Source of the DNA: Isurus oxyrinchus
Taxonomy: Eukaryota
Length of the DNA stretch: 64,000 bases
Reading direction: 5' to 3'
NCBI GenBank assembly: GCA_026770705.1
Contig: JANJGN010000015.1
Coordinates: forward strand, 2,418,001-2,482,000
The notes under the pieces were generated by a model, which saw only the letters and a program-made list of their open reading frames with translations, ran no database searches and was not told the origin of the DNA. The translations under genes were made by a program, and so were the position numbers. Numbering within the stretch: position 1 is the stretch's first letter; each line of letters opens with the position of its first letter. Positions 62,761 through 64,000 of this stretch are shown here, piece by piece.

Positions 62761-63887
62761 TCAATTTACTTCCCATGCATTAACTTTATTTTACTCTGGT
62801 TTACTTATGCAACTTTATTTTACATAGCTTCGACTTTATTTCCCTATTGCTTGTGTTTCTTACTTAAGGAATGTGTTTTTCTAATTCTCAACTACTTGAT
62901 GACACTCCCTAACAGTAATTTCTTATCAACCAATGAACTTATGTTTCTCCCGTGATGTTAGGTGCTTGGTGCCGCTGACTGCCTGGCTCAGGATCCTCCT
63001 CTCACACTCTCCTCTAGGTGCTGCTGACTGCCTGTCCCAGGGTCCTCCTCTCACACTCTCCTCACAGATGAAACTGGTACAGACTAGAATGAACAAAGTT
63101 TTTTTGTTCATGCATCATAACTTCCATAATGATCTATGTATGTTGCATAACTTGTAAATGATAGTGCATGCAAAAATCTTTTTCTTTTTATGAAAAGGGA
63201 ATTTTTTGGATAAATACCTGTGTACTCTGTGGCTTGCCATACTCATGACCTCAGATGTCATCACATGTTCATAAAGGTTTTGGGCAGCAGCTATTTTATA
63301 CACCACATAGAACACTATGTGCATTTTCACTTTTATTCCCCACAGATTTCTTTGTGATCTATTTTCATTTTGTTCATTGGTATAATTATATTTTTTAACA
63401 TTTGGTGGTTTCTGTTGTCCTTTTCTCCACTTCAATGTTTTTATTTCCTAATCCTTTTCAAGCTAATAAAATCACATTCGCATTCAAAACATTACAGATA
63501 TAATTTGTTGGTTCTTGAATAGCTATTTAATGAAATTATTTCAAACAATTCCTGACCAAATATTGGCTTGCAACTATAATATACATAAATAAACACAAGC
63601 AGCGTTCTACAGAGTGGCCTTGCACCTGTCAGTCAAAGGAATTGTTTGAAGTGGGTGCATTGCTTGGGGCAGAAGCAAACAACACTAACATTGAAACTTT
63701 ACTTTGATATTTAGAGTACACCTGGTGACAATACTTCTGAGTAAATTTATGTCACACTTTCTTACCTCCCTTTAATGTCTCTACGCACTACCAATCCCTG
63801 CCCCATTATCTGTGGTCTTGAGATGATAATACAATGTGCATTAGGAAAATGAATGCTTTCAGTACCGCTTGTCTATGTTTCAATGTT

Positions 63888-64000
63888 CCCACAAGGACTT
63901 GCTAGCAATGTGCTTGACACTTACCTACACTCTGAAATGGCCTAGCAAGCCACACAGTTCACAGGGAACTAGGGATGGGCAACAAATACTGGCACCCACA
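63888..64000 (+). mobile_element. 3' fragment of the LINE-A-tail SINE
   Basis: gaaatggcctagcaagccac...gggaactagggatgggcaacaaat. Confidence 0.6.

Overview
This is AT-rich vertebrate DNA, most likely from a cartilaginous fish (inferred from the repeat families), and it looks intergenic or intronic. I found no intact cellular protein-coding gene, rRNA, tRNA or CRISPR array. Most of the window is nested, decayed transposable elements: two LINE families (CR1/HER1-type and a jockey/L2-group family here called LINE-A), RTE and L2 fragments, tRNA-derived and Deu-domain SINEs, Penelope-like elements with hammerhead-ribozyme-like cores, several Gypsy LTR elements and solo LTRs, PIF/Harbinger elements and MITEs, and a Helitron 3' end. 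The most notable theme is apparent host-gene capture by LTR elements. A complete non-autonomous LTR element (30398-35239) carries a Gag N-terminus followed by a UACA/RAI14/ANKRD24-like coiled-coil segment. A Gmr1-like element has its integrase core and RT replaced by an RS-rich, PPIG-like segment. A Harbinger-LINE chimeric junction also occurs twice. All protein-family calls come from motif recognition by eye, not database searches, and most boundaries are approximate.
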